In this document: in pieces, positions 10,305-20,094 of the stretch
Numbering within the stretch: position 1 is the first letter of the stretch
Layout: the number at the start of each line of letters is the position of its first letter
Assembly: GCA_049971805.1 (NCBI GenBank)
Contig: JBMFKU010000009.1
Coordinates: 1 to 54,166, forward strand
DNA length: 54,166 nt
Direction of reading: 5' to 3'
Source: Caldisphaera sp.
GTDB taxonomy: Archaea; Thermoproteota; Thermoprotei_A; Sulfolobales; Acidilobaceae
The notes under the pieces: generated by a model
The model's input: only the letters and a program-made list of their open reading frames with translations
The model's database searches: none
Told to the model about the DNA's origin: nothing
Translations under genes and position numbers: made by a program

Positions 10305-10914
10305 TGTAGTGGTTCCAGGGCAAATAGTTGCACAGCAAGAAGAATTTGTTGAAGGAGAAGGAACTTATATTGATTTTTTAACAGGTTTTATTAGATCATC
10401 ATTGGTAGGTAAAATATCTATAGATTTTAACAATAAAATAATAAATATAAATCCGAAAAAGAAAATTAAATTGCCAAAAAAGGGAAGTATAGTAGTGGGC
10501 TCTGTCTCTACAGTAAGAGAAAACATAATATTTGTAGATATTTATGGCTCGCTTATTTTATATCCAAGACCACAATGGGAAGCCGAATTTTCTGGCCCAT
10601 TATCAGGCTCGATATTGTCTAACCAGGCAGGGTTAGAAAAAAATAATGATTTGCAAGAAATTGTAAAGCCTAATGATATAATTTTAGCTAAAGTTACAAA
10701 TCAAACTAATCCATATAATTTAACTTTAAAAGGACCTCAGCTTGGCGTTATTTATTCTACTTGTTCGAAATGTGGATCTATAATGCTGCCAGGAGAAAAT
10801 AATACTATGAAATGCCCAAGGTGTGGAAATGTAGAAAAAAGGAAAATTTCAAATTTGGCATCATCACGTTTATTAAGAATCGAATTAAAGAGAACTTTAT
10901 TAATGCCACCATAG
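10282..10914 (+). CDS. csl4: Exosome complex RNA-binding protein Csl4
   Basis: VVPG N-domain, S1 domain (DIILAKV), LGVIYSTCSKCG...CPRCGNVEKRK zinc ribbon. Confidence 0.92.
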   Translation: MSYYLKDSVVVPGQIVAQQEEFVEGEGTYIDFLTGFIRSSLVGKISIDFNNKIININPKKKIKLPKKGSIVVGSVSTVRENIIFVDIYGSLILYPRPQWEAEFSGPLSGSILSNQAGLEKNNDLQEIVKPNDIILAKVTNQTNPYNLTLKGPQLGVIYSTCSKCGSIMLPGENNTMKCPRCGNVEKRKISNLASSRLLRIELKRTLLMPP

Positions 10915-11526
10915 GTGTTTTTTATGAAACCCCAAAAAAGGAAGATTGTTTTGCAATTAAAGAAGGGAAGCGATTTAGAAAATATTATGAAAAAGATAGG
11001 TGGTATTGTATCTTCTCAGGAAGCAATAATTAAGGTTGAGAATAATATTATGTCAATAAGTTTTATTAATTCAAATAGAAATATAAAGGAAATAAAATCG
11101 AAGATAAGAGAAATTGTAATGCCTTATAGTGAAAATAGAATTAATGGCATTAAATATGATAACAATGAAATGTCAAAGATTCTCGGTAACTATAATAAAA
11201 CTTATTTAGAAGTAATAGGATTTATTTTAAACAAATTGGGTTATAAAACTGCTATAGAAGAAGATGGTTTAATAACTAGCGTAAACAAAGATTTATTGGA
11301 AAAAATTTCTAATGAAGTTAAAGAATCATTTACTAAAATTAGCAGGATTAATGCCAGCAATTCAACGAAAAAGCTATTGGCATGCATTTTGGTAATGAGG
11401 AAAAAATCTCTAGATATAGTTATAAATGCAGGTATCTCTTCTAGAATTTTAGAAGAGAATAAAAACAAGTTATATACTAAATATAGTTGGAAAGATGCAT
11501 GTGAAATGCTTAACAGGGTGGTTTGA
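10915..11526 (+). CDS. Conserved hypothetical protein (DUF2067-like by position)
   Basis: 203-aa ORF abutting csl4 and overlapping rpoL; family guess rests on synteny only. Confidence 0.6.
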   Translation: MFFMKPQKRKIVLQLKKGSDLENIMKKIGGIVSSQEAIIKVENNIMSISFINSNRNIKEIKSKIREIVMPYSENRINGIKYDNNEMSKILGNYNKTYLEVIGFILNKLGYKTAIEEDGLITSVNKDLLEKISNEVKESFTKISRINASNSTKKLLACILVMRKKSLDIVINAGISSRILEENKNKLYTKYSWKDACEMLNRVV

Positions 11527-11528
11527 GC

Positions 11529-11840
11529 ATGCCAGAAAATGAGATTAATATTAGCAAGACAGAACAAGGTGTATATAAAATAGAAATTAAAGGGGAAGAT
11601 CATACTATGGGTAATTTATTAGCTAACATTCTTCAAACACTTGATGGAGTAAATATTGCATATTATGAGGTTCCCCATCCATTAGAGGATAGAATATTTT
11701 TATATATGGATTTAAATGAGGGAATCAATCCAATTGAAAAGATAAAAGAGGCTTTAAATAAAATAAAAGAAATAAATTCTGATTTTAAAAATAGATACTT
11801 ATTCAAATCAAAAGAAAAGGGATTAGAGGTAGAAGAGTGA
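11529..11840 (+). CDS. rpoL: DNA-directed RNA polymerase subunit L (Rpo11)
   Basis: GEDHTMGNLL and AYYEVPHPL motifs. Start is ATG 11529 or TTG 11523. Confidence 0.95.
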   Translation: MPENEINISKTEQGVYKIEIKGEDHTMGNLLANILQTLDGVNIAYYEVPHPLEDRIFLYMDLNEGINPIEKIKEALNKIKEINSDFKNRYLFKSKEKGLEVEE

Positions 11841-12112
11841 AAAAAGAATCAAGGATTTTAATAAGTAAATGCTATAATTATACTTGTATAGGAATAATAT
11901 TGAGATTAAATTCTCTAGATGGTTTTATAGCATCTAAAGGAAAATGTGAGGATTTTTGTCAAAAATTAAAATTAAGTGGGTATTTTTATGAGATAGGATA
12001 TTATAACGGAGATTGCAGTTGTGGGATAAATGAATACACAGATGTAAACCCATATTTCATTAATTTTTTAAATAATATATTAAAAGAAATTTATAGTAAA
12101 AATATGATATGA
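11837..12112 (+). CDS. Small cysteine-rich hypothetical protein
   Basis: 91-aa ORF coupled to rpoL by a GTGA overlap; six Cys. Confidence 0.6.
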   Translation: MKKESRILISKCYNYTCIGIILRLNSLDGFIASKGKCEDFCQKLKLSGYFYEIGYYNGDCSCGINEYTDVNPYFINFLNNILKEIYSKNMI

Positions 12113-12155
12113 TAAAATAATTAATAAAAATTTGTAAAATAGAGAAAGTAAATTC

Positions 12156-12161
12156 TTTAAA
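12156..12161 (+). promoter_or_regulatory. Probable TATA box of tRNA-Leu
   Basis: TTTAAA about 28 nt upstream of the mature tRNA 5' end, with purine-rich sequence further upstream. Confidence 0.45.
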
Positions 12162-12188
12162 GGGTAACCTGTTATTTAATATAATTGC

Positions 12189-12273
12189 GCGGGGGTGCCC
12201 GAGCCTGGCCAAAGGGGACGGGCCTAAGACCCGTTGGCGTAGGCCTGCGTGGGTTCAAACCCCACCCCCCGCA
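12189..12273 (+). tRNA. tRNA-Leu(TAA), intronless, CCA not encoded
   Basis: Acceptor stem GCGGGGG/CCCCCGC plus discriminator A; anticodon stem ACGGG/CCCGT with loop CCTAAGA; long variable arm; T arm GTGGG-TTCAAAC-CCCAC; T-rich tract downstream. Confidence 0.95.
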
Positions 12274-12356
12274 TTGTTTTATTTTGAAATAATAGCAAAG
12301 TTAAAGGCATGCTTTTTATGATAAAATAATTTAAATCATTTTGATATATTTAATGT

Positions 12357-14306
12357 TTAAGGATAAATTTCCATACCAGAATTAGGCAAAGCTTTATACC
12401 CAGGTAGTCTTCTCTCTAATTCTGATGCAAATTCTTTTGTTGATAATACTGACAAAAATTTACTCACGTATGGATTATTTAGCTTGTCCTTTCTAACAAT
12501 AAAATCATATATTTCTTCTCCAATAGGAATAAAGTCCAAATCAAAAAATCTTGCCATAGCTTCTAATGATATGCCTGCATCAGCCCTTCCCTGTAAAATA
12601 GCTGTTGCAACTGCCGAGTGAGTCTTCACCTCATATGTATAACCCCTTATTATTTTCTCTGGGTTTTTATCTATGTATTGCTTTAATAACTTATCAAGTA
12701 AAACCCTAGTGCCAGATCCTTTGTTTCTATTTATTATTACAACATCATCTCTTAGGAAATCTTTAACACTATTTATCTTTTTTGGATTTCCTTTTCTAAC
12801 TAAAATGCCGATTTTTCTAGAATAACCTCTATATATGATTACATCATTTTCAACTTCCATAATCTTTGGCATATGTATATTGTATTGCATGGTATTCTCA
12901 TCTAATAAATGGCTTCCTGCTATATCGGCATCCCCCCTTTTTATTGCAATCCAACCGCCTGTTGAACCAACATTTATTATTCTTGCATTTTGTATTGATG
13001 ATACTTTTAATACAACCTCTATTCCCAAACAATTGCTTCCTATTATAGTCAAATCTGGTGGCTTAATTGATGAAGAAAATAAATATACATCTGTTTCTTC
13101 GTTTTCATCAAAGTACTCTCTATTTTCTTCTGCAACTATGTAGCCATCGGAAATACTTATACCAACAATTGAACCTGAACCAGTCATTATAGGATATGCT
13201 GAAAAACCGTCTTGCCTTCGAACCAACTGGACAGGAATCAATTCCGTAAAACCTCTTCCAGCAGGTAACTTAAACGGTAGCTTAGCTTTTACTCTGCTTC
13301 CTTCTATCTTCTCTTTTCTCATCATTTTTCTAATTATTGGGTCAACTATGTTATACAAATTCATCATTGCAGAGAGAGGAAATCCGGGTAAGCCAAACAG
13401 AATCTTTTTACCAATAACAGCTATAGCTGTTGGCTTTCCTGGTCTAGATTTCAGTCCATGAACTATTATCTTAGCACCTATATCATTAAAGATCTTGTAA
13501 ATCATATCTCCATAGCCAGCTGATGTGCTACCTGTAGTGATTAATATATCGACTTTTTCAATTTCTTTTTCTATAGATTTTTTCATTTCTTCATAGTTAT
13601 CAGGTAATATGCCCTTAAACTCTACATCAGCTCCAAGTTCTTTTAGCATGGAAGTTATAACATAGCCATTTGAATCGTAGACTTTTCCTTGAATTAATTC
13701 CTCTCCCGGAGGTTGGAGTTCAACTCCAGTGGAGAAAACTGATATCTTAGGAGGTCTGTATATTTTTACCTTATTTATGCCTAGTCCGGCTAATATTGCC
13801 AATTCTCTAGGAGTAATTAAAGTGCCAGACCTGATTACAACATCTCCTGTAGCAATATCACTACCTGAAAATGATATGTTTTCCCCAGGGGAAACCATTT
13901 TGTATATCTTTATTTTATTTCCTTCCCTAGATATATATTCTTCCATTACAATAGCATCTGCTCCTCTCGGTACCATTGCACCAGTTGATATTTGAACTGC
14001 CTGTCCCTCTCTAATTTCTATTTCCGGCTTAATGCCTATCTCTACTTTTCCTATTACATCTAATTCTTTAGGTTCTATTTCGCTTGCCCCTGCTACATCT
14101 AATGATCTAACAGCATAACCATCAACAGTTGATCTATCAAATGGTGGATAATCTATAGGAGCTATAATATCTTCTGCCAAAATTTTATTTACTGAATTGA
14201 ACAAATTTGATTCTACAATACCTAATACAGATATTCCATTTGTTTCTTTTTCTATTAAATCCAATGCTTCCTGAACCGATACCAGTTTATGAAATACAAG
14301 GGCCAT
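12357..14306 (-). CDS. moeA: Molybdopterin/tungstopterin metal insertase MoeA fused to a C-terminal substrate-binding-like (PBP/LysR-type) domain
   Basis: PPFDRSTVDGYA, TGAMVPRGADA, STG.EL, TTGSTSAG, PGKP, GLPGFP motifs. C-terminal VGSTGG, NRNKGSGTR, H.AVA. Confidence 0.93.
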   Translation of the reverse strand: MALVFHKLVSVQEALDLIEKETNGISVLGIVESNLFNSVNKILAEDIIAPIDYPPFDRSTVDGYAVRSLDVAGASEIEPKELDVIGKVEIGIKPEIEIREGQAVQISTGAMVPRGADAIVMEEYISREGNKIKIYKMVSPGENISFSGSDIATGDVVIRSGTLITPRELAILAGLGINKVKIYRPPKISVFSTGVELQPPGEELIQGKVYDSNGYVITSMLKELGADVEFKGILPDNYEEMKKSIEKEIEKVDILITTGSTSAGYGDMIYKIFNDIGAKIIVHGLKSRPGKPTAIAVIGKKILFGLPGFPLSAMMNLYNIVDPIIRKMMRKEKIEGSRVKAKLPFKLPAGRGFTELIPVQLVRRQDGFSAYPIMTGSGSIVGISISDGYIVAEENREYFDENEETDVYLFSSSIKPPDLTIIGSNCLGIEVVLKVSSIQNARIINVGSTGGWIAIKRGDADIAGSHLLDENTMQYNIHMPKIMEVENDVIIYRGYSRKIGILVRKGNPKKINSVKDFLRDDVVIINRNKGSGTRVLLDKLLKQYIDKNPEKIIRGYTYEVKTHSAVATAILQGRADAGISLEAMARFFDLDFIPIGEEIYDFIVRKDKLNNPYVSKFLSVLSTKEFASELERRLPGYKALPNSGMEIYP

Positions 14307-14311
14307 TTATT

Positions 14312-15040
14312 TCACCCATAATTTTGTATAAACCTTGCAACTGATTCTAAAGAATATTGATCAGGAACTATAATATTTTTGTCTGGGCAAATCTCTTTTG
14401 CTTTTCTATAGGTTGTTATGCCAATAGAAAATATTTTTACATTATTTATTTCTTTGATCTCTTTGCACACATTTTCAGCTATTAATGGTGACGATAATAT
14501 CATATAGTCTACTTTTTTATCTTTCAGAATGTTTCTAATTTTTGTTAGATTTTCATTATTAATAATTTCTTCATAAAGGCTCACCTCTATATATTTAACT
14601 TTGTTGTTTTTAAGCACGGAGTTAATTTCTTTAATTCCTTGTTGGGATCTAGCTAAAAGAACGCATTTGCAATTTGATCTAGACAGTTCTATAGCAAGAT
14701 TATAGCCTGTAAAGGTTTTAGGTATTATATCTATTTTTTTCCCCAAGTATTTTGAAACAGATTCTGCTGTTTCTTTACCAACCGCAGAAATTTTTTTATT
14801 AGAAATTTCTTCTATAATTAAATTAAATAAATTAAATTTCTTTGAGTCCTCAATTAATATTTTTGGACCTCTTGGACTTGTAAATGCTATGCAATCACAA
14901 TTGTCTAAATTATTAATAAAGCTTATAGAACAACCTTCTATTGGTTTGATAGTTAATATAGGTGTCCATATTATTTCAGCAAGATCTTTTATTTTTTCAG
15001 GAAACTCCGGTCCCATATATAGGATTACTCTTTTTTCCAT
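14312..15040 (-). CDS. hemD: Uroporphyrinogen-III synthase
   Basis: AFTSPRG, AVGKETA, SIGITT motifs; position in the hem operon. Confidence 0.85.
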   Translation of the reverse strand: MEKRVILYMGPEFPEKIKDLAEIIWTPILTIKPIEGCSISFINNLDNCDCIAFTSPRGPKILIEDSKKFNLFNLIIEEISNKKISAVGKETAESVSKYLGKKIDIIPKTFTGYNLAIELSRSNCKCVLLARSQQGIKEINSVLKNNKVKYIEVSLYEEIINNENLTKIRNILKDKKVDYMILSSPLIAENVCKEIKEINNVKIFSIGITTYRKAKEICPDKNIIVPDQYSLESVARFIQNYG

Positions 15041-15765
15041 AATTTATCCCTCATATCTACTGTTTTTCCAATTATAATTACTGCAGGGTTTTTTATCACT
15101 CCTTTATCATAAATTTCTAATATTTCTCCTATATTTCCAATAACAGTTTTTTGATTTTCTGTTGTAGCATTTATTACAATAGCGCATTTTTCATCATATC
15201 CTCTTATATTTGCAACCCTTCTTAGAGTTTCTTTTAAATTAGATGCACTCATTAAAATAACCAAGGTATCTGCATTTTTTGCTAATTCTTCTACTTTTAC
15301 TGTAGGCCTTTCTTTTTCTTTTGCCTCTTTTCCAGTCATAATTGCTATGCTAGATGAGAGTTTTCTGTTTGTTAATGGTATTCCAGCATATGTCGCAGCA
15401 CCAATAAATGATGGAATTCCTGGTATTGTTTCGCAACCCAATCCGTTTAATATAGAAAAAATACATTCTTCTTCTCCTCTTCCATAGATATAAGGATCTC
15501 CGCCTTTTAATCTTACAATTATTTTTCCTTCTTTGCATTTTTCCAAAATTGTATTGTTTATTTCTTCCTGTTCCATTACGTGATTATTTGGACCTTTACC
15601 TGCATATATTAATTCGCAATTCTTTTTGCTGTAGTTTAGAAGTTCCTTTGATATAAGCCTATCATATATTATTACATCAGCTTGTTTTATTACTTCTAGC
15701 CCTTTTAAAGTTATAAGTTTAGGGTCTCCAGGACCAGCACCAACTATATAAACCTTGCAGTTCAA
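15025..15765 (-). CDS. cobA: Uroporphyrinogen-III C-methyltransferase
   Basis: VGAGPGDPKLITLKG, RLKGGDPYIYGRG.EE, GIPLTNR motifs. Confidence 0.95.
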   Translation of the reverse strand: MNCKVYIVGAGPGDPKLITLKGLEVIKQADVIIYDRLISKELLNYSKKNCELIYAGKGPNNHVMEQEEINNTILEKCKEGKIIVRLKGGDPYIYGRGEEECIFSILNGLGCETIPGIPSFIGAATYAGIPLTNRKLSSSIAIMTGKEAKEKERPTVKVEELAKNADTLVILMSASNLKETLRRVANIRGYDEKCAIVINATTENQKTVIGNIGEILEIYDKGVIKNPAVIIIGKTVDMRDKLWKKE

Positions 15766-16667
15766 CTATTTGACACCCTTTCAATTAACTCATATATTAT
15801 ATTTCCTGCTTCTTGCCCTAATTTACTGGCATTTTCTTTGTAATCTTTAAATCTAAGCAGATACATTTTTTTACCATTTCTCGATGCAATTGCCGCAATC
15901 AATGTAATCATATTATTGTGTAATCTAGCTACAGCTCCTATTGGAGAATGGCAACCCGCTTGGGCTTCTTTTAAAAATTCCCTTTCAGCTACGGCCTCGT
16001 AATAAGTATTTTTATCGCTATATTTTGATAAAATATCAGATATCTTATCACCTTTTTTTCCTACAACAGCTATGATACCTTGATTAGGCTCTGGAGGAAA
16101 TTGATCTAATGGCAATATTATTCTATTAGGGTTCAAATTTAATCTTATTAAACCAGCTTCTGCCATTATTATAAAATCATATTCATTATTGTATAGCTTT
16201 TTAAGTCTTGTATCTATGTTGCCTCTTATCGGTTTAATTTTTACCTTATTGTTATAATGCAAAATAAAAGAGGCCCTTCTGATGCTTGATGTTCCTATTA
16301 TAGAACTATCTGGTATATCACCTATGCTATTAATTTTTTTATTTGTAAAAACTAAGGAGTCGTTAGGAATTTCTCTGGGAAGAACCATAATTATATCTAG
16401 TTTGGGATCAATATCCTTGGGTAGATCCTTCATGCTGTGTATAGCTATATCTGCATTATCATTGATTACAATGTTGTTAACTTCTTTTTCAAAAATACCC
16501 TTTTCCCCAATTTCATAAAGAGGTTTGTCATGTATTATATCGCCTTTAGTTTTTACAATTATTTTTTCCATTTCTAGATCAGGCATAAATCTCTTAATAT
16601 AATTTTCAAATATTTCCACCTGCTTTATGCTGAGTTTGCTCCCTCTTGAAGCAACTTTTATTTTCAT
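15762..16667 (-). CDS. hemC: Hydroxymethylbilane synthase (porphobilinogen deaminase)
   Basis: ASRGSKLS, KTKGD, HSMKDLP, GTSSIRR, RGNIDTRL, AGCHSPIG (dipyrromethane Cys). Confidence 0.96.
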   Translation of the reverse strand: MKIKVASRGSKLSIKQVEIFENYIKRFMPDLEMEKIIVKTKGDIIHDKPLYEIGEKGIFEKEVNNIVINDNADIAIHSMKDLPKDIDPKLDIIMVLPREIPNDSLVFTNKKINSIGDIPDSSIIGTSSIRRASFILHYNNKVKIKPIRGNIDTRLKKLYNNEYDFIIMAEAGLIRLNLNPNRIILPLDQFPPEPNQGIIAVVGKKGDKISDILSKYSDKNTYYEAVAEREFLKEAQAGCHSPIGAVARLHNNMITLIAAIASRNGKKMYLLRFKDYKENASKLGQEAGNIIYELIERVSNS

Positions 16668-16675
16668 TTTTTCAC

Positions 16676-17935
16676 CTAAGAAATTTCCTTAATTGCTTCT
16701 TTCATTTTTTCTGCTGTTATATCAATAACATTATCATTGTGCTCTGAACTAGTAAATATTGTTTCGAACTGACTTGGTGGAATAAAAACATTTTTTGAAA
16801 GAAGAAATTCATGGAATTTGGTATATTTTTCTTTGCTTGCTTTTCTAGCATCATCAGCATTGTTGATTGGTTCGTTGGCAAAAAATATCTGCATCATGCT
16901 TTCAACTCTATTTATTTGATAATCTTTTACTATTTCATTTATTTTTTCTTCTAGCATTTTTGCAGCCAAAGAAGCTTTTTTTATTGCATTTGTTTTTTCA
17001 ATGGTTTCCAGAGTAGCTAATCCTGCAACCATAGTTATTGGATGACCATTAAACGTGCCTGCATTAAAAACATTACCAGATGGAGTTAGAGAGTCCATTA
17101 TATTTTTGCTTGAAACAATTGCTCCAACAGGAAATCCACCACCAATAATTTTTCCTAAAGTTACTATATCTGCATTTATACCAAAGTATTCCTGGGCTCC
17201 TTTTATTGAAATTCTAAATCCTGTTATAACTTCATCAAATATTAAAAGAGTATTATGGCTTTTAGTTATTTTTCTGATTCCTTGCAGGAATTCTTTTTCA
17301 GGCTTTATAACTCCCATATTTCCGATTACAGGTTCGATTATAACTGCTGCTATCTCATCGCCTAGCTTATTAAATATCTCTTCTACAGATAAAATATCAT
17401 TGTATTTAGCGATTAGGGTTAGGTTTGCAACTTCTTTAGGGACACCGTTGCTATTAGGCACCCCATACTCTGTCGCTGCGCTACCCGCTTGAACTAATAC
17501 AGAATCATGGGCACCATGATAACAACCATCAAACTTTACTATAAATTTTCTTCTTGTATAGCCCCTAGCAAGCCTGATGGCAGCCATTGTTGCTTCGGTT
17601 CCTGAATTTACAAACCTTATTTTTCCATCAGGCATTATATATTTCAGAATTTTTTTTGCTAGTTTTAGCTCATTTTCATTTGGTGCACCATATAGCCAAC
17701 CATGGTCAAGTTGCTCTTTAATTTTCTCTAAAACAGATTCTGGTCTATGACCTAAAATTAATGGTCCATAACCTAGGACATAATCTATCAACTTAACATT
17801 ATCTTCGGTATATAGATAAGGTCCTTTTCCTTCTTTTACAAAAAATGGAAATGGTTTTACAGCCCCTCTAACAGGACTATTAACCCCTCCAGGAAAATAA
17901 TTTAATGCTTCATTATACAAATCTTCGCTTCTCAT
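16676..17935 (-). CDS. hemL: Glutamate-1-semialdehyde 2,1-aminomutase
   Basis: [45 protein letters not shown] motifs. Confidence 0.97.
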   Translation of the reverse strand: MRSEDLYNEALNYFPGGVNSPVRGAVKPFPFFVKEGKGPYLYTEDNVKLIDYVLGYGPLILGHRPESVLEKIKEQLDHGWLYGAPNENELKLAKKILKYIMPDGKIRFVNSGTEATMAAIRLARGYTRRKFIVKFDGCYHGAHDSVLVQAGSAATEYGVPNSNGVPKEVANLTLIAKYNDILSVEEIFNKLGDEIAAVIIEPVIGNMGVIKPEKEFLQGIRKITKSHNTLLIFDEVITGFRISIKGAQEYFGINADIVTLGKIIGGGFPVGAIVSSKNIMDSLTPSGNVFNAGTFNGHPITMVAGLATLETIEKTNAIKKASLAAKMLEEKINEIVKDYQINRVESMMQIFFANEPINNADDARKASKEKYTKFHEFLLSKNVFIPPSQFETIFTSSEHNDNVIDITAEKMKEAIKEIS

Positions 17936-18036
17936 TTTTATCCCTATTTATTTTATTACTACCTAATAATCTTTGGTATTATCAGCCTTTATAAAAAATA
18001 AGGTAATACATGTAATAGATTATCTGGAGATAGTTA

Positions 18037-18309
18037 ATGATAGATGAACCGTCGTGGATATTGGAAAAAGAAAGGCCGGCAGCAATTATTTATGCTATTG
18101 TTAAAAAGACTGGATCTAAAAACATTAATTTAATATCTGAGTATCTGAAAAAGCTTTCAAGCAATAACTCATGGATAGGAAAGATATCTTTATTTTTATA
18201 TTTAAACCAAAAAGAAATTAAAGAGATTATAGATGAGATAGACTTTGGATTAATGCCTAGCAATGAAATCAGTAAGCAAGTATTAAATGTTATAGAAAGA
18301 TCATGCTAA
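18037..18309 (+). CDS. Hypothetical protein
   Basis: 90-aa ORF with a GGAG RBS-like sequence upstream; fills the gap between hemL and the HD gene; no recognisable motif. Confidence 0.55.
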   Translation: MIDEPSWILEKERPAAIIYAIVKKTGSKNINLISEYLKKLSSNNSWIGKISLFLYLNQKEIKEIIDEIDFGLMPSNEISKQVLNVIERSC

Positions 18310-18362
18310 GTTTAATTTAACTTTTAATTGAATAATAAAATATTTTATTATGCGAGAAGTAT

Positions 18363-20015
18363 TTAAATTTCCTTCGCTTTATTCGAAAATATTTCAGAAA
18401 GCTCGTTAACAGCTTTGCTTCTTATTTTATCTATATTATTCTTAAGCTTCTTGTGGTCTTCTATGCTATCAGAATAGATATACACAAGCAATACTGGAAT
18501 TGAACCGGTTTGTACTAAGCCTCTTATATACATCGATTCTTTCCAATTAAATATATTTTGAGAAGCTTCATTAATTTTAGACTCATTAATTATTTCCTCA
18601 TCATAGTAATCTATTTTTATTGCATCTATATCAGAAATGCTTTTTATGTGCTCATTCAATAAATGCTTATTAAATCCTTTTATTAATTTTTTTATATTTT
18701 CTGTTGATGCTTGTTTTCCATTTTTTTCTAAGATTTGAGATGCAATTATCATAACTTGTTCGGGTCTTTTAAATAAAGACAAGGGTAATAGTTCTCTACG
18801 ATTTAATAGACTTAATGCCCACCTTTTTAATACATCTGATCCTTTATTTGACGAAATTTTTATCATTGAGTCTAATTCATTATCATCGAAGTAATATTTA
18901 TTCTCTTTAATAGCTTCTGAAAGAACTTTTGGATCTAAGAAATCTGCTATATCTATATCTTCATACAATTGTAGTTTTACTTTATCCCACTCATCGGCTA
19001 AACCGTTTACAAATTTTTCTACGGATTTGTTTAATGCAATTGATTTATGGTGAAAGTAAACAGATTTGTACATTTTATATCTTGCATCGAATATATCTTC
19101 CAATGTTGGCATGCTTTTCATATCGAGAGTTAAGAAAGGTACCTCATCTTTTTGATCATTTTGCATTAAACCAAGCTTTATTCCATATATTAGCCTATCT
19201 ATATCGATGTTCCCATAAACTATCCCTGTGGCCATGGCATCTCTTTGTAGGTAATCTAACCTATCTGCGTCAGCAATTTCATTTGATATTATACTTTTAA
19301 TAATTTTTGCTGCATTGCAAGATAATCCAAGATCTTCTAGTTCATCACACTTTTCTTTGGGGAACAGCGATGCAAGAGATGCTTCTATTAAACTGCTCAA
19401 GCTACTCAAATTTTTATCATTTGCCAATTCATTGCTAGCAAGCTCTGATAGCTTCTTTATAAAATAATATGTATAAAATTCGTGTACCTTACCACCTATT
19501 AAAACCATATCAGAATATATTTTTGATAGCTTTTTCGATATATTTTGGTCTAATGATATGTCCTCGTTTGAATATACTAAGATGTTTTTTATGCCTGATT
19601 CTATCATGTGGCTAAATGCTAAATGTCCTAAATCGTGCAATAGACAGGAAAGTCTAGCTACTTGTATAAAAGAATTATATGCTGTTTCATTACAGCTATT
19701 AAATAATGCTGCGCAAAGCTTCGAATTATTTTCGGATAATGCATCATTTAATAATTTATTTGCCATTCTAGATGCTATGTGCATGCAACCCAAAGAGTGC
19801 TCAAGCCTTGTATGTTTTGCAGAAGGAAAAACTAAATAGTTTGCACCAAGCTGCTTTATATTATGAAGCCTTCTCATAAATGGCGTTTGAAGTATCCAAT
19901 ACTCTCCCAAATTTATTGGTATAAATCCATGAACATTATCGAGAATCATAGCTTTGTATGGAAATAGCCCCAGGCTTTCTTCATTACTTCCTCTTAGCAA
20001 TATTTTAAGCACCAT
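18363..20015 (-). CDS. HD-domain phosphohydrolase, dNTP triphosphohydrolase (SAMHD1/dGTPase-like) family
   Basis: D.VHG.I, RRL..IKQLG, HTRLEHSLG, LLHDLGH..FSH, DADRLDYLQRD, R..MYKSVYFHH motifs. Confidence 0.9.
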   Translation of the reverse strand: MVLKILLRGSNEESLGLFPYKAMILDNVHGFIPINLGEYWILQTPFMRRLHNIKQLGANYLVFPSAKHTRLEHSLGCMHIASRMANKLLNDALSENNSKLCAALFNSCNETAYNSFIQVARLSCLLHDLGHLAFSHMIESGIKNILVYSNEDISLDQNISKKLSKIYSDMVLIGGKVHEFYTYYFIKKLSELASNELANDKNLSSLSSLIEASLASLFPKEKCDELEDLGLSCNAAKIIKSIISNEIADADRLDYLQRDAMATGIVYGNIDIDRLIYGIKLGLMQNDQKDEVPFLTLDMKSMPTLEDIFDARYKMYKSVYFHHKSIALNKSVEKFVNGLADEWDKVKLQLYEDIDIADFLDPKVLSEAIKENKYYFDDNELDSMIKISSNKGSDVLKRWALSLLNRRELLPLSLFKRPEQVMIIASQILEKNGKQASTENIKKLIKGFNKHLLNEHIKSISDIDAIKIDYYDEEIINESKINEASQNIFNWKESMYIRGLVQTGSIPVLLVYIYSDSIEDHKKLKNNIDKIRSKAVNELSEIFSNKAKEI

Positions 20016-20094
20016 TGCTACTAAATACTGATTAAGATTAATATATTTTTATATAAGAAAAAGAATTATTTAAACGTTAAATTATTTATTAATA

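Noticed and set aside
12100-12360. tRNA-Leu as an integration site for a virus or genomic island
   Set aside because: No integrase, no duplicated tRNA 3' end noticed in the window, and the flanks are core genes.
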